Assembly (NCBI GenBank): GCA_040326155.1
Contig: JBEQLE010000065.1
Coordinates: forward strand, 1-24,458
Direction of reading: 5' to 3'
Length of the DNA stretch: 24,458 bases
Source: Leptospirales bacterium
GTDB taxonomy: Bacteria > Spirochaetota > Leptospiria > Turneriellales > JAOUFE01
In this document: in pieces, positions 1 through 8,638 of the stretch
How positions within the stretch are numbered: position 1 is the stretch's first letter
Layout of the letters: each line of letters begins with the position of its first letter
Made by a program: the position numbers and the translations under genes
The notes under the pieces: generated by a model
The model's input: the letters and a program-made list of their open reading frames with translations, nothing else
Told to the model about the DNA's origin: nothing
Database searches by the model: none

Positions 1-18
1 TCAGAGTCTATGACTTAA

Positions 19-76
19 GCTGTGACTAGATAGATTATATTAAAATAAGCTAATGTAACATCTATCCAGTCACAGC
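19..76 (-). terminator. Long stem-loop just downstream of the outer-membrane barrel gene (possible terminator or 3' stability hairpin)
   Basis: GCTGTGACTAGATAGAT (19-35) pairs with ATCTATCCAGTCACAGC (60-76). The single mismatch becomes a G-U pair in the minus-strand transcript. There is no strong U-tract. Confidence 0.5.
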
Positions 77-77
77 A

Positions 78-1454
78 TTAGTAATTAATTCGAGCTCTTA
101 GATAAAAGATATCTTTTTCATCATACATTGAAATCAGTTCGTCTTTATTACCGATAAATGCCATATAGCCCGCCGTAAGTTTTAATCCATCCTGAAATTC
201 CCAGGTAAAAGAGACGGAAGGTATATAACCAGAGTCTTCGTCTACGGGTCGAATTAAGAATGCTCCGTTTACTTCGAGTTTTTCATTAAACCATTTATCT
301 TTCAACGCAACCATTAAAAAACCGCTGAAAAATTCGTTCTCAAGGTTAGAAGTGGTAATTAAAAAAGATTTTGTATATTCGATTAATACCGTACCGTAAT
401 TACCCCACAGGTTATAATCCACTCCAGTTGAAAAAGAAAAATAACCAGATTCGGCGGTTTTTTGTTCCATTATTAATGTTGTTCCTGAAACAGACTTTTG
501 AACAAATTTCTTTTTCACCAGGGCAACATGGTTTGGTGAGTATACGACCTCACCACGCGCTGCAAGCTTGCCAGTTGTAAACGCAACATCTAACCCCACT
601 TTATCGGATACATGATACAAAGGTGACGCTGTTACCGACTGTAAATTGCCTGTTAAATCGTATTTGAGTTCCGGACGAAACATAACCGAGTTGCTGACTC
701 CATGAAAATAAGAGAGGTGAACATCGACAGGACCAAAAGTTCCTCCACCTCTTAAAGCGTAAGAAAAATTCTCGGGACGATTATCTGGAAGATTTGTTAA
801 ATCGTATTGTGAAACCTGTCCTGAAACTGTAGCGGGTTGCAATCCCCAGTAACTGTCAGAATCTGGAAATGCAAAGGGATTCAAAACAGGAACAAAGATC
901 GCTTCGACCATGAAATCTCCGAATAGAACTTTGAATGCGGCTCCAAAAGTACCTCCGTACCTTTCGTCCTCTTCCTTAAAAAAAAGTTCCGAAAGATCTC
1001 TTTTATCAAGATAATTTACAACTCGAAAAGCGTCGGCAACGCCCCAGTTATAAACCATCTGCCCAACACGAAACTGAACTTTTTCCCCCATGGCCAGGTA
1101 GAGTTCATACAAAGAGATCGATCCGGAAGTTGCGGGGTCGGTTACACCCTCAAAACCGGGATAGAAAAAAGCGTCTGCTGTTGCATGAGCGAAAAAAAAC
1201 GGAGACCCTGCATGTATGGTCGTGCGATTACGCGCTTCCAGTTTGGCTACCTGCTTTAAAACAGGAGCATAAATATTTTCGTTCTCCAGATACCCATAGA
1301 CTTCCAGACGAGAGTCTGAAACTGAATCAGAAGATGATGAATCGTCGTTTAAAAACATGTCATCCATCTCCTCCTCTGACTGTTGCCCTGCAACAGGAGT
1401 AAACAGGGCTATAAAAAACAAGACGATTATGATCGGTTTTATTCGAGATAGCAT
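78..1454 (-). CDS. Putative outer-membrane beta-barrel protein (DUF1302-like)
   Basis: Signal peptide, acidic low-complexity linker, G.QxxNWGxAD-type motif (VGQMVYNWGVADAF), alternating beta-strand pattern and a C-terminal aromatic beta-signal (FYLRARINY). Last gene after the RND and LolA-like genes. Confidence 0.7.
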   Translation of the reverse strand: MLSRIKPIIIVLFFIALFTPVAGQQSEEEMDDMFLNDDSSSSDSVSDSRLEVYGYLENENIYAPVLKQVAKLEARNRTTIHAGSPFFFAHATADAFFYPGFEGVTDPATSGSISLYELYLAMGEKVQFRVGQMVYNWGVADAFRVVNYLDKRDLSELFFKEEDERYGGTFGAAFKVLFGDFMVEAIFVPVLNPFAFPDSDSYWGLQPATVSGQVSQYDLTNLPDNRPENFSYALRGGGTFGPVDVHLSYFHGVSNSVMFRPELKYDLTGNLQSVTASPLYHVSDKVGLDVAFTTGKLAARGEVVYSPNHVALVKKKFVQKSVSGTTLIMEQKTAESGYFSFSTGVDYNLWGNYGTVLIEYTKSFLITTSNLENEFFSGFLMVALKDKWFNEKLEVNGAFLIRPVDEDSGYIPSVSFTWEFQDGLKLTAGYMAFIGNKDELISMYDEKDIFYLRARINY

Positions 1455-1463
1455 TTGATTAGA

Positions 1464-2213
1464 TCAATCCAGGCCTTCACGAGTCAACAGGCTATTTGAA
1501 ACATTGGTATTATACTGAATCTTTTTCAGGTAGATTAAGGACTTTCCCTTTCCATCTGTTCGTTCCATGACAACCTTTCTTGCTGTAATAATACCGCTGA
1601 TTTTCTCTATTTTCTGCGCCCAGAATATTTTTGTATGGCCTTTCTTTTCATACAAATCAATTCTAATAATATAATAGTCAGATTTACGAACATAAATAAT
1701 GGACTTCTCATACACCTTTGTTCCGGTTTTTTTCACGCCTTCCACCAGATAGCAATTCTCACCCGCTTCCTCTTTTTCTCCCAGGTATTTATAGTTATAA
1801 TCTGAGATGTCTCGAACTCCAATATCTTCATAATAGAAATGAGATCCTACAAAAGCACCGCCCTTTTCTGATGAGGCAATTTTTCGAACAGTCCCACCCG
1901 AAAGTTTAATCCACTGCAAGGCATCTTTTCCAGGCTGCGACCAGTTGAGAAATTCGATTCGAGTCGGCGATGTAAAAGTAGAACGTGATCTGGTTTTATC
2001 GCCATACTTTTTCATCACCATACGAAATTCTTTTTTTTCTTGAGACTTGCCTTTTAAGATTACCATAACCGACTCACTCACAGTTGTTTCAGGTTCACGT
2101 AGAGCGTCATTCTTTTGCATTATAGACAGCCCCGAAGGCCCCCCTGCAAATAAACTCATGCAAGCGATGGTCGCTGCCCCGATTACTGTAATTATTTTTA
2201 TCTTTCTGGTCAT
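1464..2213 (-). CDS. Outer membrane lipoprotein-sorting protein (LolA-like periplasmic carrier)
   Basis: Signal peptide and family-type motifs (VRKIASSEKGGAFVGSHFYYEDI; CYLVEG; YEKSIIYVRK). Start moved from 2255 to ATG 2213, which follows an AAGGAG Shine-Dalgarno. Confidence 0.85.
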   Translation of the reverse strand: MTRKIKIITVIGAATIACMSLFAGGPSGLSIMQKNDALREPETTVSESVMVILKGKSQEKKEFRMVMKKYGDKTRSRSTFTSPTRIEFLNWSQPGKDALQWIKLSGGTVRKIASSEKGGAFVGSHFYYEDIGVRDISDYNYKYLGEKEEAGENCYLVEGVKKTGTKVYEKSIIYVRKSDYYIIRIDLYEKKGHTKIFWAQKIEKISGIITARKVVMERTDGKGKSLIYLKKIQYNTNVSNSLLTREGLD

Positions 2214-2276
2214 GGTATTCTCCTTGTTGTATACTTTTCTATATGGTAGCCACACTCACTCGCCATATTAACTAAA

Positions 2277-5183
2277 TTAGTCCTTTTTTTCTGCAATTTC
2301 AATGTTACGCATTTTTATATTAAATATTTTCATAAATGCCGGTAAAAAAAGTAATGCTCCGAAGGTAGTCGCAGTCATCACACTAGCCACCAAAATTCCC
2401 AGATAATAGATTGGCTTAAAGTTCGATAGAGTCAATATCGAGAATCCAAACACAAGGGCAATGGATGTGAACGTAATGGCAACTCCCGCTTCATTATAGG
2501 TTTCCTGCAAAGCCGTATTCAGGTCTTTTCCATTGCCCATATGGTGAGCAAGAGTTTTCATGAAGTGAATTGTATCGTCAATACCGATACCGATTGCTAT
2601 GGAAGATAATATCACTTTTGGAATATCCAGTGGAATATTCAAATACCCCATCATTCCGTAAACTACCGATATCCCCATAGAAATTGGTATTATCGAAACA
2701 AGCGAAGCCACACCCTTTCGGAATAATACAAAAATTAAAATAGCGATAATAACCAAACTCAGAAGAACGCTCGTTAATTGCCCCCGCAAAATATAATCTG
2801 CAAGCACTACCATGTTAATACTGTTGCCTGCCATAACCCAGGTGTAATTTTTCGGGTTATCTAATGTATCAATATAATTCAGAACGTGACTTCTAATTTC
2901 TTCTACCAGCGCCGTTGTAAATACCCGATCTTTATAGGTGCCCGTTCGTATAATTAAATTCACTCTTCGGTACTCACCATCGGTAAACTGTTCAAAAGAG
3001 TCAGCCCGCCCGTCAGAGTCGTTGTCTTCGCCGGCAAAAACTTCAAGGTAATCTACAATGGTAGATTTTTTTTCAGGAATTGAAAAATATTTCGGATCGT
3101 CATCATGAAACGCCATATTCATCCGTTTTATAAAATCTGAAAAAGAAGATTCCGATAGAATATTGTGTTTCTCTTTTTGCTCCGGTTTTTTTAACCATGT
3201 ACGAATGTTTTCAACAAAAGATAAAAATTCCGGGTCTTTTGCTCCGCCTTTTTCACCTGAATCAATAATTAAATTCAAGGATGAAGTTCCGTTGAACAAC
3301 TCACCCAACCGATTATCTGCAATACGAATATAGGAATCTTCTTTAAAGTTCAACATGGGAGATGTTTCCAGTTTCACTTGCGATAAACCAACCACTCCCG
3401 CAATAAATACAATGGCAAACAATCCCAGGACCCACTTGGTATGCTGAATACTGAAGTAGGACAATATACGTAAAAAACCCAATACGGCTCGATGTGAAAT
3501 TGCCCTGGATGACTGTATCTTTTTTACTTTTAAATCTTTCAATAATACTAAAACAGATGGAATAATAACCATCGCCGCACTCATTGAAAACAGTGCCCCG
3601 ACAGCCGCAAACATGCCAAAATCTCGTAAGGAGGTTACCTGACTTACCGAGAGTGTCATAAAACTGATAAACGTTGTAACCGCAGCCAACAGGACCGTGA
3701 CAGAAATATGAGTCATACATTTCGTAAGTAGCTCCTGCCTACGAGTTGAATCCCGAATGGTTTCAACTTCCAGTAGATACTGGTTGAACATATGAATAGA
3801 ATAGGAGCTTCCAATAGCAATTAAAAGCGGCGGCAATATGGACACCAGCATTGACATTTTAAAACCAAGGTGGCCCATAAGACCCATGGTCCAAATTGCT
3901 CCAATAACCACTGTAATCGTTGGCAATAACACTCCTCGAATAGAGCGAAAGTTTATAAAGAAAGTAATAATAACAATGAGTAAAACCAGTGGTATATAAA
4001 TAACCAGGTCGTTTTTCATAAAATCACTCATGAATTTTTCTACAACGAGATTGCCAAGGCTGTATAAAACGACCGGTTCGTGATCATACTTATCAAGAAT
4101 AGGCCAGAAAATATCCATAAACAAAATATAGTGTTCTTGAGACCTTAAAACAACACCCATCGAGAGAGCCCGAATTTCTCCATTTTCTGCTTCGGAAAAA
4201 AGTAATTTATCGTTTAAAGGGCTTAATCTGATTTTTTCTTCGTACTCTTTAAAATCGGCCGGACTTTTGGGTAATAACCGATTTCCCGATTCATCCGTCC
4301 CGATAAAGTCAATAGGTTTTAACTCCTCATCTTCTCCCGAAATATCTTCACCGGTAATGGGATTCATAAAAGTCTGTACAATTTCCATGGACTTATACAG
4401 ATAGACATCTTCCCATGCTTCGAGCAGTAATTCATACTGGTGTTTCGCCAGCATCGCCTCTTCTGAATCTGGAGATATCTCTGTTACTAAAAGAAGCGTA
4501 TCGAGCTGTTTTTGTCCAATACGGTCGAGGCTTCCGCGAATTTGTTTTAAACTTACAGGTGTATAATTTTTATATTCATATGTTCTTTTCGGGCGAGTTG
4601 GTTTTACATAGCGCTCTTCAGGTAACGGAGTATTTAAATCCCAGATATCTGTTGTATCGGGTTTTACCGTATCGAGCAACTCTTCCACTGCCTGGCCCGA
4701 TGCACCATCTTCGTCAGAAAGTAAAAGGTCATCAAGCTGTGACTCAAGATCGTCCAAATTGCTCTGGTCACCAGATTCAACAGGTTCTGTTTCTACGGCA
4801 ATCTTTTTTATAGTGGCAGAACCCAGGTCGATCAGGTTTTGCAGCCTTTCATCTTCCAGGTTTCGGTCAAAACTTTTATACTCTTCTATCTCTTCTACCA
4901 TTTCATTTATATGCTGAAATACATTCGCTGAAAATAACTTTTCACCTTCTGCGGGTTCGATAGATGTAATCATAAACGTTTTACCGTTTAAAAAGGCCAT
5001 ATTGGCTCGTTCCCCCAGTTTATACGAAGGGTCTTGCCTTGGCATTAAAAACTCAATGGAACTGTCGAATTTTACTTTTGGCAAACCAAATAAAAATGCC
5101 ACAGTGACAAGCCCACATAATAGCAATGTACGCTTTGGATATTCGATTATTTTTTCGATAAGAAGTAATATATATTTGTTCAT
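2277..5183 (-). CDS. MMPL/RND-family inner-membrane transporter
   Basis: Two repeats of 1 TM + large periplasmic loop + 5 TM. Motifs FRSIRGVLLP, AIGSSYSIH and AIGIGIDDTIHF. Confidence 0.92.
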   Translation of the reverse strand: MNKYILLLIEKIIEYPKRTLLLCGLVTVAFLFGLPKVKFDSSIEFLMPRQDPSYKLGERANMAFLNGKTFMITSIEPAEGEKLFSANVFQHINEMVEEIEEYKSFDRNLEDERLQNLIDLGSATIKKIAVETEPVESGDQSNLDDLESQLDDLLLSDEDGASGQAVEELLDTVKPDTTDIWDLNTPLPEERYVKPTRPKRTYEYKNYTPVSLKQIRGSLDRIGQKQLDTLLLVTEISPDSEEAMLAKHQYELLLEAWEDVYLYKSMEIVQTFMNPITGEDISGEDEELKPIDFIGTDESGNRLLPKSPADFKEYEEKIRLSPLNDKLLFSEAENGEIRALSMGVVLRSQEHYILFMDIFWPILDKYDHEPVVLYSLGNLVVEKFMSDFMKNDLVIYIPLVLLIVIITFFINFRSIRGVLLPTITVVIGAIWTMGLMGHLGFKMSMLVSILPPLLIAIGSSYSIHMFNQYLLEVETIRDSTRRQELLTKCMTHISVTVLLAAVTTFISFMTLSVSQVTSLRDFGMFAAVGALFSMSAAMVIIPSVLVLLKDLKVKKIQSSRAISHRAVLGFLRILSYFSIQHTKWVLGLFAIVFIAGVVGLSQVKLETSPMLNFKEDSYIRIADNRLGELFNGTSSLNLIIDSGEKGGAKDPEFLSFVENIRTWLKKPEQKEKHNILSESSFSDFIKRMNMAFHDDDPKYFSIPEKKSTIVDYLEVFAGEDNDSDGRADSFEQFTDGEYRRVNLIIRTGTYKDRVFTTALVEEIRSHVLNYIDTLDNPKNYTWVMAGNSINMVVLADYILRGQLTSVLLSLVIIAILIFVLFRKGVASLVSIIPISMGISVVYGMMGYLNIPLDIPKVILSSIAIGIGIDDTIHFMKTLAHHMGNGKDLNTALQETYNEAGVAITFTSIALVFGFSILTLSNFKPIYYLGILVASVMTATTFGALLFLPAFMKIFNIKMRNIEIAEKKD

Positions 5184-5229
5184 TTAAATTCCACCCAGGT
5201 CTACTTTCTACTCTCAGTTTGACTTCATC

Positions 5230-5257
5230 ATTATAATTGTATTTATTTTTATTGCAA
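5230..5257 (-). promoter_or_regulatory. Sigma70-type promoter for the RND operon
   Basis: Minus strand: TTGCAA (5257-5252), 16 nt spacer, TATAAT (5235-5230). Confidence 0.6.
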
Positions 5258-5277
5258 CCTGATTTATAAATCAGGTT
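5256..5277. promoter_or_regulatory. Perfect 22-bp palindrome, candidate operator
   Basis: AACCTGATTTATAAATCAGGTT is its own reverse complement and lies between the divergent RND and AraC genes. Confidence 0.65.
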
Positions 5278-5329
5278 TACTTTTTAAAATCTATTTGAAA
5301 TTACGAACCCTTGGTAAAGTAAGGTAAAG

Positions 5330-6391
5330 ATGGTTTCTTTCAGTTATTTCGGGGCTGCTTTTGCTCTCCTTTTAGGTATCGCCCAGCTTATACGACCATG
5401 GCATAAACACAATATAATATTGTCTGCGCTCTTATTTTGTCTGTCTTATATCAACTGTTATTTAGTGTTTGTTGTGGACAGATCAGTATTAGACTACCCC
5501 CATATGCTACACACCATTTTACCATTCATTTACACCATCGGACCTTTGGCATATTTATACCTTTCCATTGTTACCTCTGTAAATTTTACGTGGAAAAAAA
5601 AATACGTTTTCCACTTTCTTCCCCTTCTGGTTTCCATTATAGTGGGTTTGAAATATTGGATTTTAACCGGTGAAGAAAAAATTGAAATTTTTATGCTGAT
5701 CTACAAAGGAGAAGGCGCCGAGTATACCGCTTATTCTCTGGGGCCCGGTCTTCTACTGATCTTCGCGTACCTTGTTTTAATCTCATATGAAAATAATCCG
5801 TTTATTAATATGAAAAATCACCAGAGCTGGATGATTGGCGGGCTTTTACTGTTTTGGGTTATGGCTTCAGCAATCAGCACGGTGAGTGTTTTTGCGGGTA
5901 ATACAAAATACCTTCCATTCACGGGGGTCTTTACGACAATTTCCATTATTTATCTGTTTTTGCTTTCTCAGCGATATCCTGACCTGCTTTATAATTTCGG
6001 ACGAGCTTTGCGGAAAAAGAAATACGATCGCTCTTTATTACATAGTGTCAATACAGGAAGCCTCAGCGAAAATCTCCACATACTGATGACAGATGAGAAG
6101 ATCTACCGAAACGACACTTTGAACTTGAAAGAAACGGCCTCCATGCTTAGAGTAAGCTCTCACCAGCTATCCCAACTCTTAAACGAAATTGAGAATAAAA
6201 ACTTTAACGGTTTTATAAATGCGTATCGAATTAAAGAAGCAAAAGAACTTATTCAGGAAGATCCTTCCAAACGGATTATTACAGTCGCGTATGATGTTGG
6301 TTTTAACTCTGTCTCGGCTTTTAATACGGCTTTTCATAAATACACGAACCTTACACCCACCCAGTATAAAAAGAACTCTGCAAAAGCGTAA
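5330..6391 (+). CDS. AraC-family transcriptional regulator with N-terminal multi-pass membrane domain
   Basis: About 7 hydrophobic segments, then an AraC HTH domain (SHQLSQLLN...NFNGFINAYRIKEAK...IITVAYDVGFNSVSAFNTAFHKYTNLTPTQY). Confidence 0.93.
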   Translation: MVSFSYFGAAFALLLGIAQLIRPWHKHNIILSALLFCLSYINCYLVFVVDRSVLDYPHMLHTILPFIYTIGPLAYLYLSIVTSVNFTWKKKYVFHFLPLLVSIIVGLKYWILTGEEKIEIFMLIYKGEGAEYTAYSLGPGLLLIFAYLVLISYENNPFINMKNHQSWMIGGLLLFWVMASAISTVSVFAGNTKYLPFTGVFTTISIIYLFLLSQRYPDLLYNFGRALRKKKYDRSLLHSVNTGSLSENLHILMTDEKIYRNDTLNLKETASMLRVSSHQLSQLLNEIENKNFNGFINAYRIKEAKELIQEDPSKRIITVAYDVGFNSVSAFNTAFHKYTNLTPTQYKKNSAKA

Positions 6392-6443
6392 GCACTCTAA
6401 AAAACAGTTGTAAATATCGATGCGAACTGCCATTCCAGTAAAC

Positions 6444-7658
6444 ATGATTCGAAATTACTTCTTCATAATAATTATCATTTTCGCTTTCCATCTAGGACTT
6501 TCAGGATGTGGTTATAAAGGGCCGAAGCCGCATATTAAAGAGTTTGTTGAAAATCATTGGAAACATCCTTTGCCTGCCATGGGTAAAAAACCGGAAGGTC
6601 TTAATCCTGAAAGTATCTCGATGGACCCTTCCAGCTGTGCGGGATGCCACTCTGAGCAATTTGAGGCATGGCAAACCAGTAAACATTCCCATGCGCTCGG
6701 TCCCGGTCTAATGGGCCAGCTTGTCGATCTGGATCCGGAAAAACCGGGTAATTTCGACGCTTGTCTGAAATGCCACACTCCACTTGCCGAACAACAGGAG
6801 ACGATTATTGCCGCTGTAAAAAACTCAACCGATACCGATTCGGTAAAGGGACTACACTGCCTCGGTTGCCATGTCCGCGACTGGAAATGGTATGGTCCCA
6901 CTTCACGAAACTCCACCGCTCCAGAACCGGGCGATAAACCCGACCCGGAACTTGCACAAAAACGTATCCATGGAGGTTTTACCGAAAATCCCGCTTTCTC
7001 TGATTCGTATTTTTGCGCCTCCTGCCACCAGTTTCCCGAAAACTGGCGAAAACTCAACGGGAAGCTTATAGAGAATACATATAATGAATGGAAAGATTCG
7101 TCGTATCCTGAAAAAGGAATTCATTGTCAGAGTTGCCACATGCCTGAGCGAGCCCACCTCTGGAAAGGAATTCATGACCCGGAAATGACAAAAAGTGGTG
7201 TCGACATTAAACTCGATTATTCTACTTCGTTAGATACAATTTCCGCTACGCTCAAGATAACAAATTCCGGGACCGGCCACTATTTTCCCACCTACGTAGT
7301 ACCGATGGTTTTTGTATACGCCGCTCAGTTCGATGAAAATAACAATGAAATTGAAAATACCCGTTTTGAATATATAATCGGACGCAAAACAGACATGAGC
7401 ATACAAAACGAACTTTTCGACACCCGCATTGCGCCCGGGAAAACATCTACAATCGAATACGATAAAAAACGAGAGTCCAACGCCCGCTTTTTTACTGTTT
7501 GGATTGTTGTAGAACCAGACTACTTTTACGCTCAATTATACAGAAACTGGCTGACTCGCGATAAGTCCGCTCGCTCGAAAAAACTGATGCAAGAAGCTCT
7601 TGAGCTGACTCAAAAAAATATTTTTGAAATATACAGGGAGAAAAGAATTATAAAGTAA
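6444..7658 (+). CDS. Pentaheme c-type cytochrome, predicted lipoprotein
   Basis: Five CxxCH motifs (CAGCH, CLKCH, CLGCH, CASCH, CQSCH), lipobox LSGC after a hydrophobic stretch, and GHYFPT in the C-terminal beta domain. Start is 6444 or 6420. Confidence 0.9.
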   Translation: MIRNYFFIIIIIFAFHLGLSGCGYKGPKPHIKEFVENHWKHPLPAMGKKPEGLNPESISMDPSSCAGCHSEQFEAWQTSKHSHALGPGLMGQLVDLDPEKPGNFDACLKCHTPLAEQQETIIAAVKNSTDTDSVKGLHCLGCHVRDWKWYGPTSRNSTAPEPGDKPDPELAQKRIHGGFTENPAFSDSYFCASCHQFPENWRKLNGKLIENTYNEWKDSSYPEKGIHCQSCHMPERAHLWKGIHDPEMTKSGVDIKLDYSTSLDTISATLKITNSGTGHYFPTYVVPMVFVYAAQFDENNNEIENTRFEYIIGRKTDMSIQNELFDTRIAPGKTSTIEYDKKRESNARFFTVWIVVEPDYFYAQLYRNWLTRDKSARSKKLMQEALELTQKNIFEIYREKRIIK

Positions 7659-7750
7659 TACTTTTTCAATAACCAGATTAACTGATTTTTTGTTTTTTTT
7701 GCGCATTTTATCTTTAACCTTCATGTGGATGATGCTACCTTAAAAAATAT

Positions 7751-7774
7751 CGCAATTATCCCCTTACGGACATA
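7751..7774 (+). repeat. Terminal inverted repeat (left)
   Basis: CGCAATTATCCCCTTACGGACATA. Confidence 0.85.
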
Positions 7775-7805
7775 ATTAATGGGTATAATTTAAAGTGAAT
7801 AATTT

Positions 7806-8372
7806 TTAATCAAGCATATCGAGTACAGGGTTTAATGGAGTGCTGATATGCGCTTGAATCATTAACTCTAATGCCTGTGGTGTACTTATCCGGTAAGCTA
7901 AAGAATAAACTATTGATTTGTACAATTCAGTTAAATTGCTACCACCGTTAGTTGGTTTTGAATTATCAAACGCCATGCCAAAAGAGATATTTAGTGCGAC
8001 TTTTTCATTTATTTTTGTAAAAAGCAATCTATATTCATCAGAAATGTCGTCAGGAACATTGTCCTTTATTTGTATTGGTTTTATTTTTGCTAACCAGTAT
8101 CCAGTGTAAGCTGCAATCTTTACCGAATTAACTTTTTTTATCCCATGGAATTTTTTTAATCTGGTTATATCTGCAAAATAATTAATAACAACATCTAACA
8201 ATGTATGTTCATTTATGCAGAAATATTGCAATAGGTCTTTTGATAAAGAATTGCAGTAGGCACTTAATGATGATTCCGACTTATCTAACAACAATTCAAA
8301 CCTTTCTAGTATATATTCCTCGCCATATTCATCAACAAGATAGTTGTAGTCTTTATAGCCGGTAGAATCCAT
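7806..8372 (-). CDS. Hypothetical 188-aa passenger protein, predicted mostly helical
   Basis: Long open frame in an AT-rich segment, 22 nt downstream of the 66-aa gene. Contains a motif-like core YFADITRLKKFHGIKKVNSVKIAAYTGYWLAKIKP. Confidence 0.8.
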   Translation of the reverse strand: MDSTGYKDYNYLVDEYGEEYILERFELLLDKSESSLSAYCNSLSKDLLQYFCINEHTLLDVVINYFADITRLKKFHGIKKVNSVKIAAYTGYWLAKIKPIQIKDNVPDDISDEYRLLFTKINEKVALNISFGMAFDNSKPTNGGSNLTELYKSIVYSLAYRISTPQALELMIQAHISTPLNPVLDMLD

Positions 8373-8394
8373 TTAAAATTAGAGTATCGTATGT

Positions 8395-8595
8395 TTATTG
8401 ATTAGCTATTGATAACAGGTCAGGGTTGGTTGATAATCCGTCTATACTTTTGGCAACTTTGTCTGCATTGAATGCATTAGACGTATTTGGTAATACTTCT
8501 TTTTTAATTTTACCGCTCTTAATTAGTCCAATTAGTCTCTTGCCGACCCGTGTTGCTCTTTTGCTAGGTACATAATATTGACTCTTATTTTCCAC
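8395..8595 (-). CDS. Small 66-aa protein with basic N-terminal half (possible antitoxin or regulator)
   Basis: GTG start preceded by a strong GGAGG Shine-Dalgarno (ctGGAGGattgatagGTG), with a promoter just upstream. Confidence 0.7.
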   Translation of the reverse strand: MENKSQYYVPSKRATRVGKRLIGLIKSGKIKKEVLPNTSNAFNADKVAKSIDGLSTNPDLLSIANQ

Positions 8596-8638
8596 CTATC
8601 AATCCTCCAGAAATCGTGTCAAAATTTCATATTAAAAC

